This document shows positions 1-7,489 of a stretch of 32,000 nt of DNA, in pieces (the stretch's first letter is position 1; every line of letters begins with the position of its first letter). The DNA lies in assembly GCA_965219535.1 (NCBI GenBank), contig CBDCNV010000002.1:480001-512000 (forward strand), in the 5' to 3' direction. The notes beneath the pieces were generated by a model. It had not been told where the DNA came from and made no database searches. It was given only the letters and a program-made list of their open reading frames with translations. This stretch comes from Opitutales bacterium (GTDB lineage: Bacteria > Verrucomicrobiota > Verrucomicrobiia > Opitutales > PNEW01). Position numbers and translations under genes: made by a program.

Positions 1-820
1 CCCGGCGACAGAGATTGACAAGATCATCCTTACTGAAACTTCCGGTTTGTTTGATCGTCAGTTCTTTATTTTGTCCCTCACCGAAAGTGTAATTTACTTT
101 AAAGCGGCCGCCCATAAGAATTATCCGGCCCTTTATCCTGATCGCATCGATAAACTGATCCTCCATATCCGGCACACCGGCGACATCAATCACCACATCA
201 AACGAATCATTGGGTATATGCTTACTCCAATTGTCTCCCGATACGTCGTAAACTTCTTCCGCAGCTCCGATCTTGTGGGCGAGATCTATACGCTTTTCAT
301 CAATATCGCAGGCGGTCACTTTTGCTCCCATCGAGTTTGCAATCTGCGAGGCGATCTGTCCGATACAACCCAGGCCAACAATCAGCACGCGCTCACCGAT
401 TTGCACATCGATAGTAGAACAAGTATTCATCGCCACGCTGGCCATCCCGAAGAGAGCGGCGTGTTTCGGGTCTATCTCCGGTGGAATTGCGATCAGCTTT
501 GCATCTTCCGGGACGACTGCATACTCTGTGTGCGGGGTGGCCATGTATAAAAACTGGCCCACTTTCCATTTTTTAACATCGGGGCCTGTCTCAATTACCC
601 GTGCAATGGTCTGATATCCCATGCCGCAGGGAAGGGATGTGTCCTTGGGCGCATAATTTCCCCGCACGTGAAAATTGCGTTCCGTGCCATTAGTGACACC
701 CGAGTAAACGGTCTCTGTTCTGATCTGGTTACCGACCGGTTTTCCCGGGTCCGGCCAATCGGTTACCAATGCTCCCTCTCTTTTGCCGTCTGCATTGAGC
801 CTGGTAACGAGCGCTTTCAT
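1..820 (-). CDS. MDR-superfamily (alcohol/polyol dehydrogenase-like) oxidoreductase, C-terminus cut by window edge
   Basis: Absent from the supplied ORF track because it runs off the window. My reverse-complement translation from ATG (complement of 818-820) reads MKALVTRLNADGKREGALVTDWPDPGKPVGNQIRTETVYSGVTNGTERNF...GERVLIVGLGCIGQIASQIANSMGAKVTACDIDEKRIDLA... and stays open to position 1. It has a GLGxIG Rossmann fingerprint. Plus-strand ORFs 47-550 and 273-614 are antisense shadows of it. Confidence 0.8.
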   Translation of the reverse strand, partial: MKALVTRLNADGKREGALVTDWPDPGKPVGNQIRTETVYSGVTNGTERNFHVRGNYAPKDTSLPCGMGYQTIARVIETGPDVKKWKVGQFLYMATPHTEYAVVPEDAKLIAIPPEIDPKHAALFGMASVAMNTCSTIDVQIGERVLIVGLGCIGQIASQIANSMGAKVTACDIDEKRIDLAHKIGAAEEVYDVSGDNWSKHIPNDSFDVVIDVAGVPDMEDQFIDAIRIKGRIILMGGRFKVNYTFGEGQNKELTIKQTGSFSKDDLVNLCRR

Positions 821-829
821 AATTGTAAT

Positions 830-846
830 CTTCGTCTTCGTCTTCC
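830..846. repeat. Left arm of the inverted repeat flanking the IS (CTTCGTCTTCGTCTTCC)
   Basis: Direct reading: 830-843 is the exact reverse complement of 2268-2281. It also matches GACGAAGACGA at 2251-2261. Confidence 0.9.
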
Positions 847-879
847 ACTTGTAGGTTACCCCGCGATGATAAGACAACC

Positions 880-1110
880 TTTAGAGTCCTTCCGAGAATG
901 GGTCAATAGAACTCATCGGAGGAAGGACTGGAAAAAGCTTTCAACAGTGTCTACTGTTGAGAGTGCCAGGAACTCCCGACTCCTTACAAGGGGAGCCGGG
1001 AGCAAATCGGAAGAGTTCATTCTGCCTCTGGAACCCGCGTTAGCGGAGTTCAAGACGAAGCCTAGGAACCTCCGATCTAACCTGGCTAATCTCAAACAAT
1101 TGAAAGAGCC
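880..1110 (+). ncRNA. Candidate IS110 bridge (seek) RNA in the transposase leader
   Basis: Consecutive strong stem-loops can be read directly. AGTCCTTCCGA(885-895) pairs with TCGG..GAAGGACT(916-929). CTTTCAACAGT-GTCT-ACTGTTGAGAG lies at 938-963. CTCCCG...CGGGAG lies around 974-1003. GAACCCGC-GTTA-GCGG(A)GTTC lies at about 1031-1052. A following loop contains AAGACGAAG (1051-1059), identical to the flanking repeat motif. Calling it a bridge RNA is inference from published IS110/IS621 biology. Confidence 0.35.
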
Positions 1111-1155
1111 CGGATTATACCACCGCGAGCCCATCTTGACAAGACGGAGATAGCC

Positions 1156-1980
1156 ATGAATGAAAAAAAACACACCCTCATCGCCATAGATATAGCCAAA
1201 GAGACCTTGCAGGTGCAAAGTGCAAGCCAAAGTTACGGTCTCAGTAACAACAACACAGGACACAAAAAACTGCTCAAAGGGCTGAGAAAGATGTATGCCC
1301 CCTTTGTGGTGTGCGAAGCCACCGGAGGCTACGAGCGCGCCTTATTGGCGGCTTTGCATGAAGCGCAGATAGCGGTGTGCCTGATTAACCCTGCGCGGGT
1401 ACGTGCCTTCGCCACGAGCGATGGCATCCGTGCAAAAACCGATAAGATCGATGCCAAGGTGCTGCTGCGCTTTGCTCAGCAAAAGAACTTGAAGGCCATG
1501 GTTGCTCCCACAAAGCAACAACAACAGATGACTGCCTTACTGGACCGGCGCCATCATCTGAGTGAACAGCTTGGCCGGGAGAAGAACCGCTTGCAGAACA
1601 GTCCGAAAATAATCCACCGCTCGATCCAGGGCATGATCAGTTTCGTTCAGAACGAAATCGAGAATGTCGACCAACAGCTGCGATTGCTCATCAACGAGCA
1701 TGATCTGCTGCGCGCCCAAGCCCAACTGCTCACTTCAGTCAAAGGAGTCGGGGAAGTGACTACCTGGACCCTCCTCGCTTATCTGAGTGAAATGACTCAT
1801 CTCAAGCGCAATCGGATGGTCGCCCTTGCCGGACTCGCTCCCTATAACCGCGACAGTGGCAAGACCCACTCTAAGCGATCGATAAAAGGAGGGCGTGCCA
1901 AAGTCAGAAAATGTCTCTATATGGCTGCGCGCACCGCGGCTCAACATAACCCTGTGATCAAACCTTATGTGCAAAGGTAG
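1156..1980 (+). CDS. IS110-family transposase (DEDD RuvC-like N-domain plus Tnp C-domain), apparently truncated by a frameshift
   Basis: The 274-aa ORF carries family hallmarks: [30 protein letters not shown] and [11 protein letters not shown]...[14 protein letters not shown]. The conserved family C-terminus ([32 protein letters not shown]) is encoded at 1989-2087 in a different frame. Confidence 0.9.
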   Translation: MNEKKHTLIAIDIAKETLQVQSASQSYGLSNNNTGHKKLLKGLRKMYAPFVVCEATGGYERALLAALHEAQIAVCLINPARVRAFATSDGIRAKTDKIDAKVLLRFAQQKNLKAMVAPTKQQQQMTALLDRRHHLSEQLGREKNRLQNSPKIIHRSIQGMISFVQNEIENVDQQLRLLINEHDLLRAQAQLLTSVKGVGEVTTWTLLAYLSEMTHLKRNRMVALAGLAPYNRDSGKTHSKRSIKGGRAKVRKCLYMAARTAAQHNPVIKPYVQR

Positions 1981-2107
1981 TCGATCGGGGAATGCCTTAC
2001 AAATGTGCTCTCGTTGCCGCCATGAGAAAACTCCTTATTCATCTGCAGTCGCTTCTTAAAAAACATCAATTAGCTCTTGCTTCATGACACAATTGCTTCG
2101 TCCCCCC

Positions 2108-2146
2108 ATTGTCATTGCGAGGAGCAACGCGACGCGGCAATCCAGG
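2108..2146. repeat. REP-like imperfect palindromic repeat, copy A (ATTGTCATTGCGAGGAGCAACGCGACGCGGCAATCCAGG)
   Basis: About 80 percent identical by eye to 3233-3272. It has internal ATTGC...GCAAT symmetry. An inverted 11-nt fragment of the same unit (ATTGCTTCGTC) sits at 2092-2102. Confidence 0.6.
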
Positions 2147-2283
2147 CGAATAGTCATTGTGCTTAATTACAGTCCCTGAATTGTGAGGTTTACCCTCAAT
2201 CGAACGCTTGCCAGTGTACACTATACAGAAAGTAACTAATATTTCTTAGGGACGAAGACGAGGAGGCAGACGAAGACGAAGTG

Positions 2284-3072
2284 TTACTCCTTCACAAATC
2301 TATTGAGATGATCCCTTAAAACCTGCTCGCCGCCGAGTTTTACTAATTCACCGTCTTCCGCGGTGAGCAGCAGTTGCATCCCCTCGGCGTTTTTCTCGAT
2401 CCACTCGGCGGCCTGGTTGAGTTCACCAAATGAATCCACCGCGATGCCGGGTGCTTTGTTATTATCTCTCGCCGCTTTTACGATGCGAGATACCGCGGAT
2501 TTAAAATCGGGATGATCCCACTGCTGAAAACATCCCATTCCGAGAGAGAGATCGGAAGGTCCGATAAACACAGAATCCAGTCCCTCCAATTGCGCGACTT
2601 CTTCAATCACATCAAGAATGCTGACCAGTTCTATCTGCACCATGACAATGACATAGTCATTCCAGTTCTCAAAATAGCTCTCGTCCGCTCCATAGTTCGA
2701 AGCCGCCTTCGGCCCGAACCCGCGTATCCCTTCGGGGGGGTATTTGCAGCTGGCAATCGCCCGCTTTGCCTCTTCCACTGAGCCGACAAGGGGAACAAGT
2801 ACGCCCTGGGCGCCATGGTCTAAAACCTGTTTAATGACGTCGGGACGGTTATCCTCAACGCGGACGAGGGGCACGGTTTCGGAATCTCTGAACATCCATA
2901 AAATCTCCCGCAAAGACTCGGTATTGCGCGGGGCGTGTTCATTATCGATGATCACATAATCAAAACCCACCCTTGCCAGGTTGACCGCGATGAGAGCATC
3001 CGACGAAGTCGACCAGCCGCCCACACTGATTTTACCTTCCCGCCATTTGTTCTTTAATTCACGACCCGTCAT
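2284..3072 (-). CDS. HpcH/HpaI-family 2-keto-3-deoxy-acid aldolase
   Basis: From Met65 of the 326-aa track ORF the sequence reads MTGRELKNKWREGKISVGGWSTSSDALIAVNLARVGFDYVIIDNEHAP...VRVEDN...GVLVPLVGSVEEAKRAIASCKYPPEGIRGFGP...VMVQIE...VFIGPSDLS, a typical HpcH/HpaI pattern. The upstream 64 codons run through a REP-like repeat and are not credible as coding sequence. Confidence 0.85.
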   Translation of the reverse strand: MTGRELKNKWREGKISVGGWSTSSDALIAVNLARVGFDYVIIDNEHAPRNTESLREILWMFRDSETVPLVRVEDNRPDVIKQVLDHGAQGVLVPLVGSVEEAKRAIASCKYPPEGIRGFGPKAASNYGADESYFENWNDYVIVMVQIELVSILDVIEEVAQLEGLDSVFIGPSDLSLGMGCFQQWDHPDFKSAVSRIVKAARDNNKAPGIAVDSFGELNQAAEWIEKNAEGMQLLLTAEDGELVKLGGEQVLRDHLNRFVKE

Positions 3073-3232
3073 CGCTGTGAACTGATAATTATATTCCTTT
3101 ATTGGAGAGATCAAGCTGTATCTGTGGATAAGGAAAATGCGTATAAGCGAACAAGCGTGAATGCGGATTTGATGCGGGATGCATGATCCATATTGGAAGG
3201 CCACGCGTCTTCGTGGCCGCGTAATACCTAAA

Positions 3233-3272
3233 TTGTAATTGCGAGAAGCGTAGCGACGAAGCAATCCAAGGG
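3233..3272. repeat. REP-like imperfect palindromic repeat, copy B (ATTGTAATTGCGAGAAGCGTAGCGACGAAGCAATCCAAGG)
   Basis: It matches copy A at 2108-2146. Its first 9 nt with one preceding base (AATTGTAAT, 3232-3240) are identical to 821-829, directly beside the IS left flank. Confidence 0.6.
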
Positions 3273-3391
3273 GCTGTCAATACGTGATCGGCACTGCACT
3301 GGATCGCCACGGTTGACAAGCAACCTTCCCCCGTCGCACGAGGCTATGGAGGACAGGAGCGATGACAAATAAAATCAATCCGCAATGGGTA

Positions 3392-5629
3392 TCACTCGAT
3401 AGTTAATTCTTCAGTCGTAACCTCGATCGCATCCCCGTCCTCGTTGGCGAAGGTGGCATTGATACTCAGGGTAGGTTGAGGCGTGTTGTCGGATTTGAAG
3501 TTGTTTTGCGTAATCAGGGTATCAAATCCGGTCGTTGTCGATCCGCTTTCAGCAACCACGACTGCGGCACCGTTCGTCTGCAATAAGTCACCACCGGTAA
3601 TCCGCAAGCCAGGGTTACCCGCTGCTACGGTGAAGGAACCATCACCAAATAAGAGGTGGGGAACGGCATCACCACTGGCATCGATGTCACCAACGGTCAA
3701 GCGTACCGCGATCGGTACTCCGCGCGCATCGACACCGACACTACCCGTGCTTCCACTAAACGCGGCGTTCGACAGTTGCATGCCGCCCATGCCTGTAGAA
3801 TTTACAACTTCCACCAAAGTTACGTCCGCCTGTGCGTCATAGACCTGACCCTCGGGGAAGAGCGCCTGGTTCACCGCGTTGATCGATCCCACGGTGAAGA
3901 TACTGAAGAAGGTATTGGCGTCCGCTCCGTCGATAACCACGCTCGGTTTACCCGTTACGTATTCAACCGCCTGGTTATAGCGTGGGGGTATGGCCGGGGG
4001 CAGGAAAGTGGCTGGATCGAGGGTTACGGTAAAGGAACCCGTGCCCGAGAACTCAACCTGTACAATGTCTTCGGTTTCATCCATGAAGGAGACACGGGTG
4101 ATTTGTCCCGGTCTGGCTTGGAGCTGGATCGTTTCACCTGTAAGCAGAATCTGGTCGAAGACGTTTCCATTCGGATGCTGAATGTTCTCTCCCGCGATAT
4201 CGCCTGTACCATCAAGCACAAGAGGGACGGACGGAGCCGCCACGGTGATGACTGCCGTTTCACTGTTTGCGCTGCCGCCGGCATTGGTAATTTGCACCCA
4301 GAAATTCGTGCTAACGGTAAGAGCACCCGTGGTTAAGGTGCCGCTCGTAGCACCGGCGACGGGATTGGCGGTATCGCCGCTGTTGCCGGTATACCACTGG
4401 TAAGTGAGATCATCACCGCTGGCGGCGACAGATAAGGCTATAGCTGTCCCCGACTGCACTTCCTGGCTTGCGGGTTGGGTGGTGATGGAGGGTGCGTTGG
4501 GTTCTCCACCGCCGCTCGGTGCTCCGATCGGGGTAAAGCCAATGTCGTCGATGGCAATATTCAAAAATGAGCCGGATGCGGTTACAGTTTCAGGATTAAT
4601 ATAGTGTATCTCTCCTATACCTCCCGGCGCTCCCAGTTCCTCAGCAACGAATGAGAATACCTCGAAAGGCGCTTCATTGATATCAGACATATTCAAGGGG
4701 ATATCCATGGTCGAAGTGAGCAAATTACCTTCCTTATCATAAACTTCTAATTCGCCATCGCCCTGTTCGATAACGGCGGCATAAAATTCAACTTTGGCAA
4801 CGGGAGTTTCAAAAGAAATTATTCCGGTTGAATCGTCCGCAACTTGCCAGGACCCCCCGCCTACATCACCGGTCGGTTCGCCTCCTTCAGAGGATAAAGG
4901 TAGGGTGTGATTAAATCTGTAAAATGTTGGGTTAATAATTGTAGAGACAATACCCCCGGTAAAGGTAGCGGTAACCGGCGACTCCCCGAGGGTAAAATTT
5001 ACCCGGTTTACGAACACCCTAAATATGGGATGATTATCAAGACCCGAAAAATCTTCGAAAACGGTATTGTTGGGCGGTCCGTCGACATAGGAAAATCCAA
5101 TGTCATCGAGAGCAACCGCCCCGCCGGGATTAATAATCTTAATTTCTTTTATCCCGTTAGTAAAATTGAGGTCGGTAGTAACCAAGGTATCTCTATTGAA
5201 GGCGACAAAACTCTGTAATGGGGGATTAACGCCAGGGCTGATATTGGAAGGCAGACCTTCGACAACACCTGAATCAGCCAGAATTATAAAATTTTTATCT
5301 CTTAACTCGATTCGACTCCCACCTTCAGTATCCGCTGCATAGAACTGGAGATCTTGCACCCCACGTTCAAATAGTATTTTCCCCTCCGTGGCTCCGGGAA
5401 CAAGAATTAATGCCTGGGTGCCTGAATGGGCAAGCGCGGGGTCAGTCACTGTTTCCAGGGAAAAATTTATCACCTGGATACTGTTCGGGGATTCACCTAA
5501 TACAAATGTTGTCCCCTCTGCTGTTAACCCTTCCAAATCGAGAAAGTTATCCAGATTTTGTTGGGCTAAAAGGTGTAGAGGCGAGAGAAGGATGATCAAA
5601 AAAAAGGACGCAATAAATTTGGGGGACAT
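3392..5629 (-). CDS. Secreted multidomain protein of unknown function (paralog 1): two lectin-like modules, one Ig-like domain and a conserved C-terminal domain
   Basis: 745-aa ORF with a clear signal peptide (MSPKFIASFFLIILLSPLHLLAQQ). It shows an internal duplication marked by FYAA...DDIGF. An Ig-like segment reads PSITTQPASQEVQSGTAIALSVAASGDDLTYQWY. It is collinear with the 8384-10435 product. Confidence 0.8.
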   Translation of the reverse strand: MSPKFIASFFLIILLSPLHLLAQQNLDNFLDLEGLTAEGTTFVLGESPNSIQVINFSLETVTDPALAHSGTQALILVPGATEGKILFERGVQDLQFYAADTEGGSRIELRDKNFIILADSGVVEGLPSNISPGVNPPLQSFVAFNRDTLVTTDLNFTNGIKEIKIINPGGAVALDDIGFSYVDGPPNNTVFEDFSGLDNHPIFRVFVNRVNFTLGESPVTATFTGGIVSTIINPTFYRFNHTLPLSSEGGEPTGDVGGGSWQVADDSTGIISFETPVAKVEFYAAVIEQGDGELEVYDKEGNLLTSTMDIPLNMSDINEAPFEVFSFVAEELGAPGGIGEIHYINPETVTASGSFLNIAIDDIGFTPIGAPSGGGEPNAPSITTQPASQEVQSGTAIALSVAASGDDLTYQWYTGNSGDTANPVAGATSGTLTTGALTVSTNFWVQITNAGGSANSETAVITVAAPSVPLVLDGTGDIAGENIQHPNGNVFDQILLTGETIQLQARPGQITRVSFMDETEDIVQVEFSGTGSFTVTLDPATFLPPAIPPRYNQAVEYVTGKPSVVIDGADANTFFSIFTVGSINAVNQALFPEGQVYDAQADVTLVEVVNSTGMGGMQLSNAAFSGSTGSVGVDARGVPIAVRLTVGDIDASGDAVPHLLFGDGSFTVAAGNPGLRITGGDLLQTNGAAVVVAESGSTTTGFDTLITQNNFKSDNTPQPTLSINATFANEDGDAIEVTTEELTIE

Positions 5630-5825
5630 ATATTTTCCTGCGAGGGTTAATCAAAACAAACGAGCGAAATTAGCTAAGCATATCACTGTCTTGGGGGTCA
5701 AGCTGGAACCCATTGACTATGACGACTGCGGAATTACAAATCAAAAAAAACGAAAAAGGGGACTATGATTGAAAACTGTAAGTCACAATCCGCAATCCGA
5801 CATTCGCAATCAACAATTGAATATC

Positions 5826-6479
5826 TCAGGTATTAAGAATACCTTTTCTTCTATAAACTAAGGCGACAACAAGCGCGTATATTACGTGATTTATCCAGCT
5901 GATTATGCTGGTCTTGACAATACCATCACCCTCTTCTGCAGAAACATTCTCAGTTACGGCGATTACTTCTTCACTTGGAGTATCTTCCTCCATCGATTCT
6001 GCGTCCGTCGTGTCTGGACTGGCTAGTGTATCTTCAGTGATTGAGATATCAGCAGTGCTAACTTCTGCCGGGGGAACATTATTATTGTTCGTGGCTAAAT
6101 TAGTGAGACCGGGTAATCCGAAGATAGCAATAACACTTAAAACAGTTCCATAGAGAACACCTTTCAAAAGATGGTTAGCACCGAGCGGAGAAATAATCCC
6201 GCAATAAATCACTCCATAAATAATACCGATTAACACATAGAGCACACCGCCTACGAGATACTGAGTCGTCAGTCCTGCATCTGTTCCCATGAGCGTAGTG
6301 CCAAGCAAGATGATATTGCCCAGGTCTTTTATAATATTCATTCCAAAGATGCCCATGGTAATCGTGAACACCACAATGGCGATCAGACTGGCGACTATCG
6401 CACGGCCCCATTTCAGTCCCTGATGAATATCAAATGCAGTCTGACTGGATCTTCGAGGGGGTGGAGATTTTTCTTCCAT
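5826..6479 (-). CDS. Integral membrane protein (about 4 TM helices) with a long acidic loop, unknown function
   Basis: 217-aa ORF with hydrophobic helices (AIVASLIAIVVFTITMGIFGM, LVGGVLYVLIGIIYGVIYCGII, GVLYGTVLSVIAIFGLPGL, WINHVIYALVVALVY). It has a D/E/T/S-rich loop (NNNNVPPAEVSTADISITEDTLASPDTTDAESMEEDTPSEE). Confidence 0.65.
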   Translation of the reverse strand: MEEKSPPPRRSSQTAFDIHQGLKWGRAIVASLIAIVVFTITMGIFGMNIIKDLGNIILLGTTLMGTDAGLTTQYLVGGVLYVLIGIIYGVIYCGIISPLGANHLLKGVLYGTVLSVIAIFGLPGLTNLATNNNNVPPAEVSTADISITEDTLASPDTTDAESMEEDTPSEEVIAVTENVSAEEGDGIVKTSIISWINHVIYALVVALVYRRKGILNT

Positions 6480-6576
6480 GTGTTTATACCATGCGTTGAA
6501 TATTATCGTTTAAGCTTAAGCAACAACTTCATGTTTAAATGATTATTTTAACCCAACCAAGATTATTTTTATAATT

Positions 6577-7489
6577 TTATGATTTCAGGATTCCCGGCAG
6601 AACTTTTAATACATGTTCGATAAGCAGGTCTGAATAGGCAAATTCCGCTTCGCTTGGGGTATAAGTTGAGGCGCGGACGGTGGAGTGTTCGATTATTCCA
6701 AGTCGGGCAAGCAGGCGCTTTTCTACCTGTAGAAGCAGTTCAAGGTTTTGTAGGGTATAATTAATGAAGGGTAATAATTGTCCCATTTGCGCCATTGCGT
6801 CTTCCATTTCTCCGGCTTTGGCCAAACGGAAGATACGGTTGAGCGGTTCAAGAAGCGGCACACCGGGCATTACCCCGCATAGACCATGGGGAATTAATTC
6901 TAACATGTAATACCCCGCCCATCCCTCGAGGACGCCAACCCGATCACCGACGCGATCGCGTATCTCAATCAACTTGTTAACAAACAAAGGCTCCTCCAAT
7001 TTAGCATATGCAAAATTAGGGTGGTTTATGTTCAAGTTTTTGAATAAATTGAGCGCCAATTGTGGGGCCGCCGGGATTAAAATCCTGTACTAAAAAGGGG
7101 AGGGAAATCGATTCCGCAATTCGACCTAAATGATTTAATATATCCCTGTCATTTAAGGGGAAAAGACGGGGGACTGCTGTAGATATTATGTCCACACCCA
7201 GTTCCTGATAGCGTTTTGCCATTTCGCAAGCGATACGACTGGATACATGATTCGCTTGTCCGATTACCGGTATTTTCTTTGTTGCTGCTTCTACGGCTAC
7301 ACCTACAACCGATTCGCGTTCATTTTCTGATAATTTATAAAACTCACTGGCATAAGCGGGGAGGCAGACCGCTGCTGCGCCCGATGAGGCGCAAAATTCC
7401 ACAAGTCGTTTAAGATCCGAAAAGTTTATAGATTCGTCCTCATTAAAGGGAACCGGAATAATGGGAACAATACCGTCAATTTTTATCAT
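6577..7489 (-). pseudogene. DapA-family class I aldolase (dihydrodipicolinate synthase / 5-dehydro-4-deoxyglucarate dehydratase-like), split by a frameshift
   Basis: Track ORFs 7016-7489 and 6577-7059 overlap by 44 nt and together make one DapA-like protein (about 300 aa). The N-terminal part reads IVPIIPVPFNEDESINFSDLKRLVEFCASSGAAAVCLPAYASEFYKLSENER. The C-terminal part carries the Schiff-base-type lysine context NFAYAKLEEP. The frames switch near the T5 run at 7037-7041. Confidence 0.75.

Larger units (their letters stand above)
830..2283 (+). mobile_element. IS110-family insertion sequence; maximal extent given, true ends uncertain
   Basis: A DEDD/Tnp-type transposase (1156-2087 including the frameshifted tail) has a 300-nt non-coding leader and a 160-200-nt trailer. 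It sits in what would otherwise be a short gap between two co-oriented minus-strand genes. It is bounded by a perfect 14-bp inverted repeat (830-843 CTTCGTCTTCGTCT and 2268-2281 AGACGAAGACGAAG). The size, about 1.25-1.45 kb, is typical of the family. Confidence 0.75.

Noticed and set aside
47-614. Plus-strand ORFs of 167 and 113 aa
   Set aside because: They lie antisense to a well-supported MDR dehydrogenase reading frame (1-820, minus) and have no recognisable motifs. They are typical shadow ORFs.
668-1263. ORFs 668-1153 (+) and 913-1263 (-) spanning the IS leader
   Set aside because: They cross the dehydrogenase start, the IS junction and the structured leader. Their composition is Arg/Ser/Leu-rich as expected for translated RNA stems, and one overlaps the transposase start. 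They are not credible genes.
2251-2281. Tandem GACGAAGACGA copies considered as a microsatellite or mini CRISPR-like array
   Set aside because: There are only two copies, with a 7-nt spacer. They are better explained as arms of the hairpin or inverted repeat associated with the IS junction.
3073-3264. 64-codon N-terminal extension of the aldolase ORF (MLRRYASRNYNLG...)
   Set aside because: The extension translates the REP-like repeat at 3233-3272 and has no family similarity. The HpcH-like alignment begins at the Met encoded at 3072.
3483-5768. Many plus-strand ORFs (60-226 aa) inside and just upstream of the 745-aa gene
   Set aside because: All are antisense to a long ORF with a signal peptide and a conserved paralog. 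They are Arg/Gly/Ser-rich with no motifs. They are frame artefacts of a Gly/Thr/Val-rich gene.
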